64,000 nucleotides of DNA from contig CAWJPJ010000006.1 of the NCBI GenBank assembly GCA_963844715.1, positions 288,001-352,000 on the forward strand, read 5' to 3'. Shown here piece by piece: positions 11,911 through 22,886 of the stretch (within the stretch, counting starts at the first letter, position 1; each line of letters starts with the position of its first letter). The notes beneath the pieces are model-generated. The model saw nothing but the letters and a program-made list of their open reading frames with translations. It ran no database searches and was not told the DNA's origin. The position numbers were made by a program, and so were the translations under genes. This stretch comes from an uncultured Phycisphaerales bacterium (GTDB lineage: Bacteria > Planctomycetota > Phycisphaerae > Tepidisphaerales > Tepidisphaeraceae).

Positions 11911-12001
11911 CCGCAATGTTGCCGAGACATTGTCGCGAGCAATTGCTGCAAACCAGTGTCAAAGTTAAAATCCTCGCGAAAAGGGATCTTGAGCGGTGTC
12001 G

Positions 12002-12676
12002 ATGCGCCCTTCTAATCTTTGCGTTTTTTGCGGCACGGCCGCCGCTACCAACGACGACCATGTCATCCCGAAATGTTTGTTTCCTAAGCCTCGGCCGAAA
12101 ATGGTGACCGTTTCAGCCTGTCTGCAATGCAACCGAGCAAAGGCGCGGGACGACGCCTATTTGCGGGATTTATTGGTCTCAGACATTGGAGCCTCTGGAA
12201 ACCGCATCGCAATGAATATTTCAGGCGGCCCGATGCTACGAGCAGCACGATCGGGGCGGTCGGAAATTGGAAAGGCGATAATTACACAAGGAAGGGTCCA
12301 AGCATTTTATCATCATGGCGTTTATCTCGGAGACGCTCCGGCGATCCCTGTCGACGGGGACCGCGTCACGAAAATATTTCACACAATTGTTCGAGGGCTT
12401 TATTTTCAATTGGCCGGAAATATCTTTCCGGCCAATTCAACATGTGAGGTTCGGCGGTGCTACGGTCATGATTACACCAAGCCGCTGGAAGCAATGCGCA
12501 AGACGGTCGGCTGCAATGGCCCTTATCGTCTCGCAGACAACATTTTTGAATGTTAGATGCTGAGGGCGGCTGAGGAACCTGCTACTACAGCGTGGATAAT
12601 GTCGTTCTACGGCGGAGTGCATTTTCGGATAAGCACTGGCCCAAGCTTTGAACCCAAAATATTAGCGGGGCAATAA
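12002..12676 (+). pseudogene. HNH-endonuclease-like gene interrupted by in-frame TAG at 12554-12556
   Basis: CVFC..DDHVIPKCLF..ACLQCN; frame continues after TAG as MLRAAEEPATTAWIMSFYGGVHFRISTG..GQ to TAA 12674-12676. Confidence 0.65.
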
Positions 12677-12695
12677 TGACGTGATGGGGGTAATC

Positions 12696-13441
12696 ATGAT
12701 TTTCATTAGTCACAGCAGTAAGAACAAGGCACTGGCGGCGGAAATAAAGGCTGAACTTGAGGCAGCCCAATTCCGGTGCTTCCTTGCGCATGACGATATT
12801 ACCGTTAGTGCCGACTGGCATGACGAACTCTGGCAGGCACTTCGCACCTCTTACGCATTCGTCGGGCTGGTGACAAAGCAGTTCAATAGAAGCCAATTTT
12901 GTCAGCAGGAATTGGGAGCGGCTCTCGCGCTGAACAAGCCTCGCCTGCTTGTACGCCTTGGCGTTCGTCACCCGCCCGGCTTCTCGAGTCGCTTCCAGGC
13001 CGTCCGGCGAGATCGCTTGGCGAAAGCGCTCGACGAGCTTCCTCAATTCCAATCTTTACGGATCGAATCATGGATTACTGGATTAGCATCGATTGGAAGT
13101 TGGGAAGCCTCAAACGCCTTGCACGAGCGGTTTCGAGAGGAGTGGGCAAATATGTCGGTGGAAAAGAAGCTCGCGTGGCTATTGTCGGCCGCGGGAAACG
13201 GAGAAGTCGCCGGGCATTTGGTTGGGACGGAAGGTCAACTTCTGAGAGAACCTCGTAGGCTTGCGTTGGAGCCTAGACTCTCGGCACCATTTTTTGCGCT
13301 GCCTTTACTGAATTGAAAGAATACCTCACCCCTCAGTGGCTGTTCGATAACGACAAGAAGGGCGCGTTACACCGCCCCGAAGATAACCACATCGGGACAG
13401 CAGGAAAACGAACGAAGCGAAAGCGTCGAGCGAACGGCTAG
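12696..13441 (+). CDS. TIR-domain protein (probable frameshift near 13290-13310)
   Basis: IFISHSSKNK, CFLAHDDI, W..EL, SQFCQQELGAA with catalytic-position Glu; alternative frame continues to TAG 13439-13441. Confidence 0.8.
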
Positions 13442-13473
13442 GAGAGTGCGCTCTCGAACAGTGCAGTATTTCG

Positions 13474-13850
<377 letters not shown>

Positions 13851-13873
13851 AATAGCCCCGCAAATCGCAAAAT

Positions 13874-14401
13874 CTATTGTCCGCCCGACTCGGGCGGCGT
13901 CCCCACGGATATATTCGGCAACGCCGGCAGCGGATCAAACCCACGCTGAACGTCCGGCAGCAATTGCTTAATCGCCCCGAATGATTTCGCCAAATGATAG
14001 ATCATCTGCGCAAAGGCAAAAATGAAAATCAGGAGAATAGCGCCGGGAATGAGCGCCTTGCGCGGTAAGGGTCGCGGCATGAATACGGCCATCGCTACGC
14101 CCACGATCAGCAGGTATGCCAATAGAAGCGAGGAAAGCACCAGCGCGACGATGACAGCCCAGACTTTCCCTCGCTTCATAAAGATCGCACAGGTCAGATA
14201 GGCCGCGCCGGGCCCCACATAGACCAAAGCCATCACGGCAAGGAGCATAAAATTAAATGAAGGCATGCGCCCGGCGAACAACACAGACGGAACCAGCATC
14301 AATCCACCCAAGCCGATAAAGATGATGCCAAGAATACGCGACGAGCGAATTGCCAGATGAAGCGGACGGCGCGGATCACCTCTGGGAGGAAGAGCCACCA
14401 A
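13874..14401 (-). CDS. Four-TM membrane protein
   Basis: Four hydrophobic helices; QRGFDP tail. Confidence 0.7.
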   Translation of the reverse strand: MVALPPRGDPRRPLHLAIRSSRILGIIFIGLGGLMLVPSVLFAGRMPSFNFMLLAVMALVYVGPGAAYLTCAIFMKRGKVWAVIVALVLSSLLLAYLLIVGVAMAVFMPRPLPRKALIPGAILLIFIFAFAQMIYHLAKSFGAIKQLLPDVQRGFDPLPALPNISVGTPPESGGQ

Positions 14402-14488
14402 GACTCCGGTTGCCCGAAATTATACCGCCGCTAAGGCGGAAATCCGAAACCAGAAACCCGGAATCCGAATCTCACCAGAATGACCGAC

Positions 14489-15518
14489 TAGAGCATTTCC
14501 CAAATTAAACTAGCGGCTGGCGGTAACCGCAATGGCGGAAAAATCCCGCGGCATCTTCGGTCGTAACGGCGTCCATTGCCGCGAACACAGCCCGGACCAA
14601 GGTGTCGAACGTTCTGGGCTCCGCCGAGCGGATCAGTTGCTTCGCTTTGCTCCACATCATCTCGATCGGATTCAAATCCGGCGAGTAGGGTGGCAGCAAC
14701 CACAGTTCGCAGCCGGCGGCTTCGATCAGGCGTCGCACTTCTGAATGTTTGTGCGGCTGCAAATTGTCCATCACCACGATGTCCCCGCTTCGCAGGCTGG
14801 GCACGAGCGCTTCACGCACCCAGGCGACAAAAACATCGCTGTCCATCGCCCCTTGAACAATCGCGCCGGCGGTCGCGCCGTCGAGCCGAACCGCGGCGAT
14901 CATGGTGGTCGTGCTCCAGTGTCCGGCCGGGGTCTTGCACAACAACCGTTCGCCGCGGCCGCACCGGCCACGCAATCGGGTGAAGTTCGTCTTGGCCCCG
15001 GATTCATCCACAAAAACAAGACGCTCGGGATCGACGTCCTTCAGCCGCCGACGCCACTGCGTCCGCGCGGCGGCGACGTCGGGCCGATCCTGCTCGGACG
15101 CGTGGAGAGACTTTTTTTAAAGGAGAGGCCCAGCTTCCTGAGCCAACGGTCGACCGTCGACAGCGACACGTCCAGCGCCAACTTCTCTTTGATCTCGTTG
15201 AGCGTGGCATCCGGCCGGGCGGCCACGAACCGACTCAAACGAGTCTTCAACTCGCCGGTCAACTTCCCCTTGCGGCCACGAAGATGAAGCAGCGGTTCGG
15301 CCGTCCCCCGTTCACGTTCATCCTGTCGCACGCGGCGGACGGCCGACTCGCATCGGCCGAAGATCGCGGAAATCTCCTTCGTGCCTTTGCCGGCACGATA
15401 CGCCGACATGATCCATCGACGGGTCAGAGCGGTTTGCGATGCCATGGCAACCTCCTTGTTGAATCGGAGATTAGCAAAACAGCATCGATGGCGCTAGTTT
15501 AAAATGGGAAATGCTCTA
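14489..15518 (-). mobile_element. IS630-family insertion sequence, copy 1 (1030 bp including both TA)
   Basis: TIRs TAGAGCATTTCCCAAATTAAACTAGC / GCTAGTTTAAAATGGGAAATGCTCTA; TA duplication; second copy at 24541-25570 looks identical. Confidence 0.95.
14505..15445 (-). CDS. IS630 transposase (orfA HTH + orfB DDE joined by programmed -1 frameshift)
   Basis: FVDESG, VMDNLQPH, PPYSPDLNPIE; A7G slippery run (15111-15118) present in both copies. Confidence 0.92.
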
Positions 15519-15591
15519 GCCAACACGCCCTTCGCTCATTTAAGCATTCGGGTTTGATTCGGATTTCTGGATTCGGGTTTCTGGTTTCCGC

Positions 15592-16833
15592 CTAACGCCG
15601 GCTCGACGGCGCCGTCGTCGCCCCCGGCGGCATCCGGGGCATTGGTTCCGTCGTCGGCTGCGTTTGCAATTCCGGTGGCACCACGGTGCTGGCCGCGCGA
15701 ACAACAATAATCGCGTCCACCAGGTCAGGACCCGATGGCCCGGTTGTCGGTTCAGACGTCGCCTCAGTCGTAGGTTCCGTCGAGGCCTCAGTTGCCGCGG
15801 TCCCGCTTATTCCGCCCCCCGCAGCGCCCCCGGGGCCCCCAGCCGAGCCTGCCGCGGTCGCCCGCACCGAGTCTCCATACAGCTCATATGTCGGAACCGC
15901 TTCCGGAGGCTGATCGTTCAAGGCCTCCTGCAACGCCGCCGCCTGCTGGGGATTCATATTGCACGCAACATAAATCCGCTGGGCAATCTTCTCCGAATAA
16001 GCCCCCGAAAGCTGCTGCGCGCTCGGAAGCGTCGCGGCCTGGGCCAGTTGCTGACGCGCACTCGGCTGTGTCGCGCCACCTTGAGGCACCTCCCACCATG
16101 AGATGCCGTTTTGCGTGGAAAGGAACTGCGAAATCTGCCGCCCGGCGACCGCCGTATCCGGAACGCCCACGACGAAAACCAGCGGCGTGGACTTCCCTAC
16201 CGCAGGCTTGGATAAATCGTATCCACTGGATTTGAGCTCGTCCCGGATTGCGCTCATATCAACGGGAGCCGGCGGAACCCCCTCGAACTGCGCTGCACGA
16301 AAGCTCAGCATCGGTGCAGGAGCTGCGGCCACCTCGGACGGAGAGGGTTGGGTCGCCGGTGTAGCAGCCGCCATCGGCGCGTTCTGCGCCTTCGACGCCT
16401 CGATATCCGCTTCAATCTCACTCTGCGTCTTTTGATCCACCGCACTGGGCGCAACCTGCGTGTAATTAGCCGGCTTGAACGTCGGCACAACCGTCCGATA
16501 GACAATCAACACCAGCGACGCTCCCAAAAGGAGGATCGCCGCCGCCGTGATGTACTGCGGCAAACGAAACCCGCGCGCCGGCCGTTCCAATTTCATCGAA
16601 TCCGGCGACCCCAGCAGAATCGATCGCTCCACCTGCCCGCGCAACCCTTCGCCCACATCGCCCGGCGCCTTCACTCGAGGCAAATCCCGCAGAAGCTGCC
16701 TCTGCGCGATCAGATCCTCCAGCATCTTCCGATGCTGCGGATGCTCCGCCAGGTGCTTCTCGATTTCCTTCCGCCCGGCTTCGTCGAGGTCCCCCTCGAT
16801 ATAGGCACACAACATGGCTTCAATGTTTTCCAT
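15592..16833 (-). CDS. Membrane anti-sigma factor (zf-HC2-like N-terminus)
   Basis: LCAYIEGDL..EIEKHL; single TM; low-complexity tail; directly downstream of ECF sigma. Confidence 0.75.
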   Translation of the reverse strand: MENIEAMLCAYIEGDLDEAGRKEIEKHLAEHPQHRKMLEDLIAQRQLLRDLPRVKAPGDVGEGLRGQVERSILLGSPDSMKLERPARGFRLPQYITAAAILLLGASLVLIVYRTVVPTFKPANYTQVAPSAVDQKTQSEIEADIEASKAQNAPMAAATPATQPSPSEVAAAPAPMLSFRAAQFEGVPPAPVDMSAIRDELKSSGYDLSKPAVGKSTPLVFVVGVPDTAVAGRQISQFLSTQNGISWWEVPQGGATQPSARQQLAQAATLPSAQQLSGAYSEKIAQRIYVACNMNPQQAAALQEALNDQPPEAVPTYELYGDSVRATAAGSAGGPGGAAGGGISGTAATEASTEPTTEATSEPTTGPSGPDLVDAIIVVRAASTVVPPELQTQPTTEPMPRMPPGATTAPSSRR

Positions 16834-16846
16834 ATGTGTGTCCCGA

Positions 16847-17542
16847 TTACGTCTTCCGTCCACTATTCATATATGGCGTCAATTCATCGCGCAACGCCAG
16901 CCGAGCCCGAAACAGCCGGCTCTTCAATGTGCCAAGCGGCATCGCCAGTGCATCGGCCATCTGCTGATAGTCAAACCCCTCGATGTCGCGCATGACGAGT
17001 ACGGCGCGGTATTCCGGATCCAGCCGCCCCAGCGCGTCGAGCACCATCCGTTGCTCTTCCCGTTTCTCCGCTATTTGCGACGGCTGAGGGTCGCGAGCGC
17101 TGAGCCGATCGACCAGTCCCGACGCCTGATGGTCGCCCCCCAACTCCTCGCCTCCCGGATTCGGCGCCCCGTCGAGCGAGAAAGTCCTTCGATGTTGCGA
17201 TCGCCGGAGCTGCGTGATGGCCAGATTCACGCCGATCCGAAACAGCCACGTATAGGGCGACGCCTCCCCCCGGAACGTGCCGATCTTTTCCAGCCCGCGC
17301 GCGAAAGTCTCCTGCGTCAGTTCGCGCGCTTCCTCGGGCTCTCCAACCATTCTGAGCATGGCGTTGTAGAGTCGATCCTGATACAGCTGAACGATCTGGC
17401 CGTAAGCCCAGCGATCCCCGCTCCGCGCTTTGGAGATCAGGACCCCAAGCCTTTGGATTTCCGCATCCGCGCCCGGCTTCCCCGCGCCGCCGCCCGCCCG
17501 GGGTGGCTCCGCCTCGAATTGCGCGCCGCTCAGACTCGACAT
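16847..17542 (-). CDS. ECF sigma-70 factor
   Basis: ELTQETF..FRGEASPYTWLFRIGVN; RDIEGFDYQQMAD..GTLKSRLFRAR. Confidence 0.93.
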   Translation of the reverse strand: MSSLSGAQFEAEPPRAGGGAGKPGADAEIQRLGVLISKARSGDRWAYGQIVQLYQDRLYNAMLRMVGEPEEARELTQETFARGLEKIGTFRGEASPYTWLFRIGVNLAITQLRRSQHRRTFSLDGAPNPGGEELGGDHQASGLVDRLSARDPQPSQIAEKREEQRMVLDALGRLDPEYRAVLVMRDIEGFDYQQMADALAMPLGTLKSRLFRARLALRDELTPYMNSGRKT

Positions 17543-17742
17543 GGATTTAGACGATGGAGGGCCAAAAAAGTTCCGGTCGCGCCAACCATCCGTGGCAGAC
17601 GCATCTTCCGGACGTTCAATATGCGCGGGACGCAACGCTGCGTCAATCAGGCCGGAACCCTCACTTTAAGTATTGTCGTGCCTAGCCAAATAGGTCAATT
17701 GCGATATGATGAATCCAGCCTTTCTGTTAGGGTCAATACAAT

Positions 17743-18855
17743 ATGGTGCTGACCATACTGCGAGCGTTGTTCGTCCTGCTCATGGCTGCCGTGGGCTGGC
17801 ACTTCGTCACTCAGCAGACGGCCATCTTCGCCGATCAATACAACTGGCTCGCCCTGACCGCCACCCTCACGGTCGGCGTGCTCATCGTCTGCGTCGATAT
17901 CCTCTCCCCGCGCCGAAAATTGGCCGTCTTTTCCGGAACTTTCCTGGGCTTGATCGTCGGCATGCTCATCAGCTTCGGGTTCAGCTTCATCGTCGCCTTG
18001 TTGGTCGATCGCTTTGCCACCTCCTTCGCCCAGGAGCAAAAATCCCTCCTGGCCGAAGACATCAACATCGTCATCGGCGTGATCTTCTCCTACCTCGCGA
18101 TCAGTTTCATCCTGCAAAGCAAGGACGATTTCCGCTTCATCATCCCCTACGTCGAATTCGCCCGCCAGACCAAGGGGACTCGCCCCACGCTTCTCGATAC
18201 CAGCGTCCTGATCGACGGGCGCATCGCCGACATCGGAGAGACCGGCATTCTCGAAAGCCGCCTCATCGTGCCGCGATTTGTCCTGCGGGAATTACAGACC
18301 GTCGCCGATAGCTCCGACAAGCTCAAGCGCGCGCGCGGCCGCCGCGGCTTGGATGTGCTACAGCGCCTCCAGGGAAACAAGCGGCTCGAAGTCTCTCTCT
18401 ACGACTCCTCCGGCCGAACCCGCAAAGAAAGCGACGATGTCGATTCCCAACTTATGGACCTCGCCGCCGAAATGAACGCTCGCGTCCTGACCAACGATTT
18501 CAACCTGAACAAGGTCGCGAATCTTCGCGGCGTCGACGTCATCAATCTCAATGATCTGGCCAACGCCTTGAAACCCATCGTATTGCCCGGCGAACGGATG
18601 ACCGTCCGCCTCATCAAGTCCGGCGAAGCCCCGGGCCAGGGTGTCGGCTATCTCGAGGACGGCACGATGGTTGTCGTCGAGCAGGGGCGCGGACATTTGA
18701 ACGAGGAAGTCGAGGTCGCTGTCACCAGTGTCATTCAAACCAGCGCCGGAAAAATGATCTTCGGAAAAATGGAAGGCGGCGGCGAAGGCCGCCCCCTCCC
18801 CAGGCCGCGCCCCCAACAGCCTACCCCAACAGATGCCAAGCAACCTTCGACGTGA
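17743..18855 (+). CDS. PIN/TRAM domain membrane protein (YacL-like)
   Basis: [54 protein letters not shown]. Confidence 0.92.
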   Translation: MVLTILRALFVLLMAAVGWHFVTQQTAIFADQYNWLALTATLTVGVLIVCVDILSPRRKLAVFSGTFLGLIVGMLISFGFSFIVALLVDRFATSFAQEQKSLLAEDINIVIGVIFSYLAISFILQSKDDFRFIIPYVEFARQTKGTRPTLLDTSVLIDGRIADIGETGILESRLIVPRFVLRELQTVADSSDKLKRARGRRGLDVLQRLQGNKRLEVSLYDSSGRTRKESDDVDSQLMDLAAEMNARVLTNDFNLNKVANLRGVDVINLNDLANALKPIVLPGERMTVRLIKSGEAPGQGVGYLEDGTMVVVEQGRGHLNEEVEVAVTSVIQTSAGKMIFGKMEGGGEGRPLPRPRPQQPTPTDAKQPST

Positions 18856-18863
18856 TAGTTTTA

Positions 18864-18972
18864 TCCCCTCTCCCCATGTACCCATGGGGAGAGGGCAAGG
18901 GTGAGGGGCGATCTCCGACCGTCGCGCACCGCCCTCACCCTAACCCGCTCCCCGGATTACCGGGGACATGGG
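18864..18972. repeat. REP-like inverted repeat, family C (CCCCTCTCCC..GGGAGAGGG..GGGTGAGGG..CCCTCACCC)
   Basis: Related copies at 39911-40030, 41111-41150 and 34562-34610. Confidence 0.8.
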
Positions 18973-19003
18973 ACGATGCCGTTTCATCGCGATGCCCCAA
19001 CCC

Positions 19004-19693
19004 ATGTCAGATTTCGCAGTCATCATCCCAGCAGCAGGCAGTTCCAGCCGATTCGGCGGCACCGTCAACAAACTCCTCCAAACGCTCGGCGACCGCCCGG
19101 TTCTCGCCTGGACTCTGTCGCGATTCGCCCCGCGCGCGGACGTGCGCGAGATCATCGTCGCCTGCAACGACGCCGACTCCGTGGGCAATTGCGCGAATTG
19201 GCTCGACCCTTCGCTGCGCGACAAAGTCCGCATCTCCCCCGGCGGAACATGCCGCTCCGATAGTGTCCGCGTCGCTTTGTTGGCCACGTCACCGGATATC
19301 GAATGGGTCGCCGTCCACGATGCCGCACGCCCCCTTGCCCCCAGGGAGATGATCGACCGCACCTTTGCCGCCGCCCTGCAGTATGGCGCCGCGGCCACCG
19401 CCCTCGCGGCGCATTTAACGATTAAACAAGCGTTTGCGCCCCTCCCGGCAAAAGTCCTCCGTACCCTCCCGCGCCGGGAGCTGTGGGCCATGCAAACACC
19501 TCAGGCCATGCGCCGCCGCGACCTCCTGGAAGCCTATTCCGCGTGCAAAATTCCGCTGGAAGAGATCACCGACGACGTCCAGTTGCTGGAACTGGCCGGT
19601 AAAAATGTCTATCTCGTCCAAGGGGACGAAAAAAACCTCAAGATCACAACAGCGCTTGATTTACAAATCGCGCGGATCTTAATGGAATCCTGA
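19004..19693 (+). CDS. ispD: 2-C-methyl-D-erythritol 4-phosphate cytidylyltransferase
   Basis: IPAAGSSSRFG, GG..RSDSV, VHDAARP, QTPQ, TDD, NLKITT. Confidence 0.95.
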   Translation: MSDFAVIIPAAGSSSRFGGTVNKLLQTLGDRPVLAWTLSRFAPRADVREIIVACNDADSVGNCANWLDPSLRDKVRISPGGTCRSDSVRVALLATSPDIEWVAVHDAARPLAPREMIDRTFAAALQYGAAATALAAHLTIKQAFAPLPAKVLRTLPRRELWAMQTPQAMRRRDLLEAYSACKIPLEEITDDVQLLELAGKNVYLVQGDEKNLKITTALDLQIARILMES

Positions 19694-19827
19694 AGGTCCG
19701 TACCAATATGGACCGATCAAGATTTTTGTCCGGTTGTCTTCGCGCCCGGCTGCGGTAACTTTACCGGACGTGTAAAATGCGCAGAATGCTCGCAGCCGCC
19801 GCTCAACTAAAAGAATAGGTCCAGGTC

Positions 19828-22407
19828 ATGGCAGACTTGTTTACCCCCAATCTCAAAACATTCCAGGTATTCCCCAACGTCCCCGCATCGCTTCTCCCTT
19901 TGCTGGAGATGGCGAACAACCTCTGGTGGGTCTGGCACCCCGATGCCGTGGAACTTTTCCGTCGGCTCGATCGCCAGCTCTGGCATGAGGTCTATCACAA
20001 CCCCGTGAAACTCCTTGGCGCCATCGATCAGAAGCGCCTCGCCGACGTCGCCAACGACGAGGGGTATCTCGCCCATCTCGATCGCGTCTACGCCGCCTTC
20101 AAGCAGCACCTCGCCGAAACCGGCTGGTTTGGTAAAACCCATCCGCAAGCCGACCCCAAGGCGCCGCTCCTCACCGCCTACTTCTCCGCGGAATTCGGCC
20201 TCCACGAATCCCTGCCGATTTATTCCGGCGGTTTGGGCGTCCTCGCCGGCGATCATCTCAAAAGCGCCAGCGAAATCTGCCTCCCCCTCGTCGGCATGGG
20301 ACTCCTCTATCGGAACGGCTATTTCCAACAGTATCTATTGGCCGACGGCTGGCAGCAGGAAGCCTATCCCGAACTCGACTTTTACAACCTTCCCATCGAG
20401 CCCATGAAATACACGGACGGCTCGCCCGTCAACGTCCGCGTCGATCTTCCTGACAACGCCGTCTTCTGCAAAGTCTGGCGCGCGAAGGTCGGCCGCATCC
20501 CCCTCTATCTGCTCGACACCAATCTCCCCGAAAACGCGCCCGCCGATCGCGACATCACCAGCAAACTCTACGGCGGCGGCACTGAGACGCGCATCAAGCA
20601 GGAAATCGTCCTCGGCATCGGCGGCATCCGCGCCCTCGAAGCGCTCGGAATTACGCCAACCGTCTTCCACATGAATGAAGGCCACAGCGCCTTCCTCGCC
20701 CTCGAGCGCATTCGCGTCCTCCTCGAAAACAGCCCGCTGACTTTCGACGAAGCGCGCCAGCAGGTCATGGCCACCAACGTCTTCACGACCCACACGCCTG
20801 TCCCCGCCGGGATCGACACCTTCTCGCCGGACATGATGACCAAGTATTTCAAAAATTATTATGCCGGCCTGAAGCTCAACGAAGAGGGCTTCCTGGCACT
20901 CGGCCGCGAGGAGGTAACCAACAATAAGCAGGGCTTTTCCATGGCCGTGCTGGCCATTCGCCTCGCCGACAGCGTCAACGGCGTCAGCAAACTGCACGGC
21001 GAGGTCAGCCGCAAAATGTGGCACAACATCTGGCCCCAGGTCCCGCCCGACGAGGTGCCTATCACGACTGTCACCAACGGCATTCACGTCCGCTCCTGGC
21101 TCGCCCCCGATATGGGCTTTATTCTCGACCGCTATCTCAGCACCAAATGGCAGACCGACCCGGCCGATCAATCCGTCTGGGAAGGCGTCTCCCAAATCCC
21201 CGACGAGGAACTCTGGCGCAGCCATGAGCGCTGCCGCGAACGTCTCGTCGGCTGGGTGCGAACGGTTCTGAAAGACCAACTCACCCGCCGCGGCGCCTCC
21301 TTTGACGACATCGCCATCGCCGACGAAGTTCTCGATCCCGAGGCCCTCACCATCGGCTTCGCCAGGCGATTCGCCGGCTACAAGCGCGCGGCCCTCATTC
21401 TGCGCGATCCCGCCCGCCTGCAAAGAATCCTCGAAGAGGCCAAACGCCCGATTCAATTTATCTTTGCCGGCAAGGCCCACCCGGCCGACCACGAAGGCAA
21501 GGAACTCATCAAAGCCCTCGTGAACTTCGCGCGCATGCCCTCGATGCGCCGGCGGTTTGTCTTTGTCGAAAATTACGACATCAACATCGCCCGCATGCTC
21601 GTCCAGGGCGTTGACGTCTGGCTCAACACCCCGCGCCGCGGCATGGAAGCCAGCGGAACCAGCGGCATGAAAGCCGTCGCCAACGGCGTCCTCAATTGCT
21701 CCATCCTCGACGGCTGGTGGGTTGAAGGGTATGCCCCCGACTTAGGCTGGGCCATCGGTCGCGGCGAGACCTACACCGATTACAACGTCCAGGACCAGCT
21801 CGAAAGCCACGCCCTCTATGACCTGCTCGAAAAGCAGATCGTGCCCCTCTTCTACAAGCGGGCCGCCGACAACATTCCGCGCGACTGGATCGCCCGCATG
21901 AAAAATTGCATGCGCAAGCTCGCCCCGGTCTTCAATACCAACCGAATGGTGCGGGAATACACGGAGAAGTTCTATCTCCCCGCCGACAAGCGCGGCCGCA
22001 CCCTCGCCGCCAACGGCCTACAACGCGCCGTCGCCCTCTCCCATATCAAGGACAAACTTCGCCAACGCTGGGGCGGCATCCGAATCGTGGGCGTCCACAG
22101 CAGCGGCAACGGCCACTACCACGTCGGCGACGACATGACCGTCGAAGCCCTCGTCGATCTCCCCGACGTCGATCCCAACGACATCACCGTCCAGCTCTAC
22201 GCCGGCCCGATCACCGCCACCGGTGAGGTCGGAGAGGCCCAGGTCCTCAACATGGCCCACTCCAAGGCGATCGCCAACAATCGCCACATGTACAGCGGCA
22301 CCATCGCCTGCAAAGCCAGCGGCCGCCAAGGCTTCGCCGTAAGGGTTCTCCCCGGTAACGCCGACCTGGCTACTCCGTTCGAGCCGGGCTTGATCGTTTG
22401 GAATTAG
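19828..22407 (+). CDS. glgP: Alpha-glucan (glycogen) phosphorylase
   Basis: YFSAEFG, YSGGLGVLAGD, HMNEGH, GFARRF, EASGTSGMK PLP site. Confidence 0.96.
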   Translation: MADLFTPNLKTFQVFPNVPASLLPLLEMANNLWWVWHPDAVELFRRLDRQLWHEVYHNPVKLLGAIDQKRLADVANDEGYLAHLDRVYAAFKQHLAETGWFGKTHPQADPKAPLLTAYFSAEFGLHESLPIYSGGLGVLAGDHLKSASEICLPLVGMGLLYRNGYFQQYLLADGWQQEAYPELDFYNLPIEPMKYTDGSPVNVRVDLPDNAVFCKVWRAKVGRIPLYLLDTNLPENAPADRDITSKLYGGGTETRIKQEIVLGIGGIRALEALGITPTVFHMNEGHSAFLALERIRVLLENSPLTFDEARQQVMATNVFTTHTPVPAGIDTFSPDMMTKYFKNYYAGLKLNEEGFLALGREEVTNNKQGFSMAVLAIRLADSVNGVSKLHGEVSRKMWHNIWPQVPPDEVPITTVTNGIHVRSWLAPDMGFILDRYLSTKWQTDPADQSVWEGVSQIPDEELWRSHERCRERLVGWVRTVLKDQLTRRGASFDDIAIADEVLDPEALTIGFARRFAGYKRAALILRDPARLQRILEEAKRPIQFIFAGKAHPADHEGKELIKALVNFARMPSMRRRFVFVENYDINIARMLVQGVDVWLNTPRRGMEASGTSGMKAVANGVLNCSILDGWWVEGYAPDLGWAIGRGETYTDYNVQDQLESHALYDLLEKQIVPLFYKRAADNIPRDWIARMKNCMRKLAPVFNTNRMVREYTEKFYLPADKRGRTLAANGLQRAVALSHIKDKLRQRWGGIRIVGVHSSGNGHYHVGDDMTVEALVDLPDVDPNDITVQLYAGPITATGEVGEAQVLNMAHSKAIANNRHMYSGTIACKASGRQGFAVRVLPGNADLATPFEPGLIVWN

Positions 22408-22536
22408 ATTTACCGCGACGCCGGGGTGATGTTGCGGGAAAAAGCTAACCGCCGGATGCCAAGACGGCGAAGTAAACTCATATTTTACCCTTCGCTCTCT
22501 TCGGGTCGAGGTGGTTTTACCGTCTGATTGCCCGCC

Positions 22537-22564
22537 TTTACAAACTGAGCTTAATCCATAGACT
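22537..22564 (+). promoter_or_regulatory. Putative sigma70 promoter of rpsT-glyQS
   Basis: TTTACA-16 bp-TAGACT upstream of the AAGGAG RBS. Confidence 0.5.
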
Positions 22565-22593
22565 TTCCGACCTTACTTCAAGGAGAACCAGTC

Positions 22594-22875
22594 GTGGCCC
22601 ATTCACTGTCGGCAAAGAAGAGAATCCGCCAATCGATCAAGCGCCGGGCCCGCAATCGGGCTCGCAAGGAAGTGCTCAAAGACCAGGTCAAGACGTTTCT
22701 AGGCGCCCTGGGAGGGGATTTAGCCAAGGCCGAGACGGAACTGCGCAAGACCGTGTCGAGGCTGGACAAGGTCGCCTCCAAGCACACCATTCACAAGAAC
22801 ACCGCCTCGCGCCGGCGAAGCCGCCTCACCCGGCGTCTCAACGCCGCCAAGGCCGCCGCTGCCGCCAAAAAATAG
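22594..22875 (+). CDS. rpsT: 30S ribosomal protein S20
   Basis: AHSLSAKKRIRQ..IHKNTASRRRSRL. Confidence 0.97.
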   Translation: MAHSLSAKKRIRQSIKRRARNRARKEVLKDQVKTFLGALGGDLAKAETELRKTVSRLDKVASKHTIHKNTASRRRSRLTRRLNAAKAAAAAKK

Positions 22876-22886
22876 CGCGGTGCGCC

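Noticed and set aside
12554..12556. Amber recoding (pyrrolysine or alternative code)
   Set aside because: TAG is the normal stop of many genes here (e.g. rpsT, glgP, mqnE), and no pyl genes are present.
17743..19693. PIN/TRAM gene next to ispD as a novel association
   Set aside because: The yacL-ispD linkage is a known conserved arrangement.
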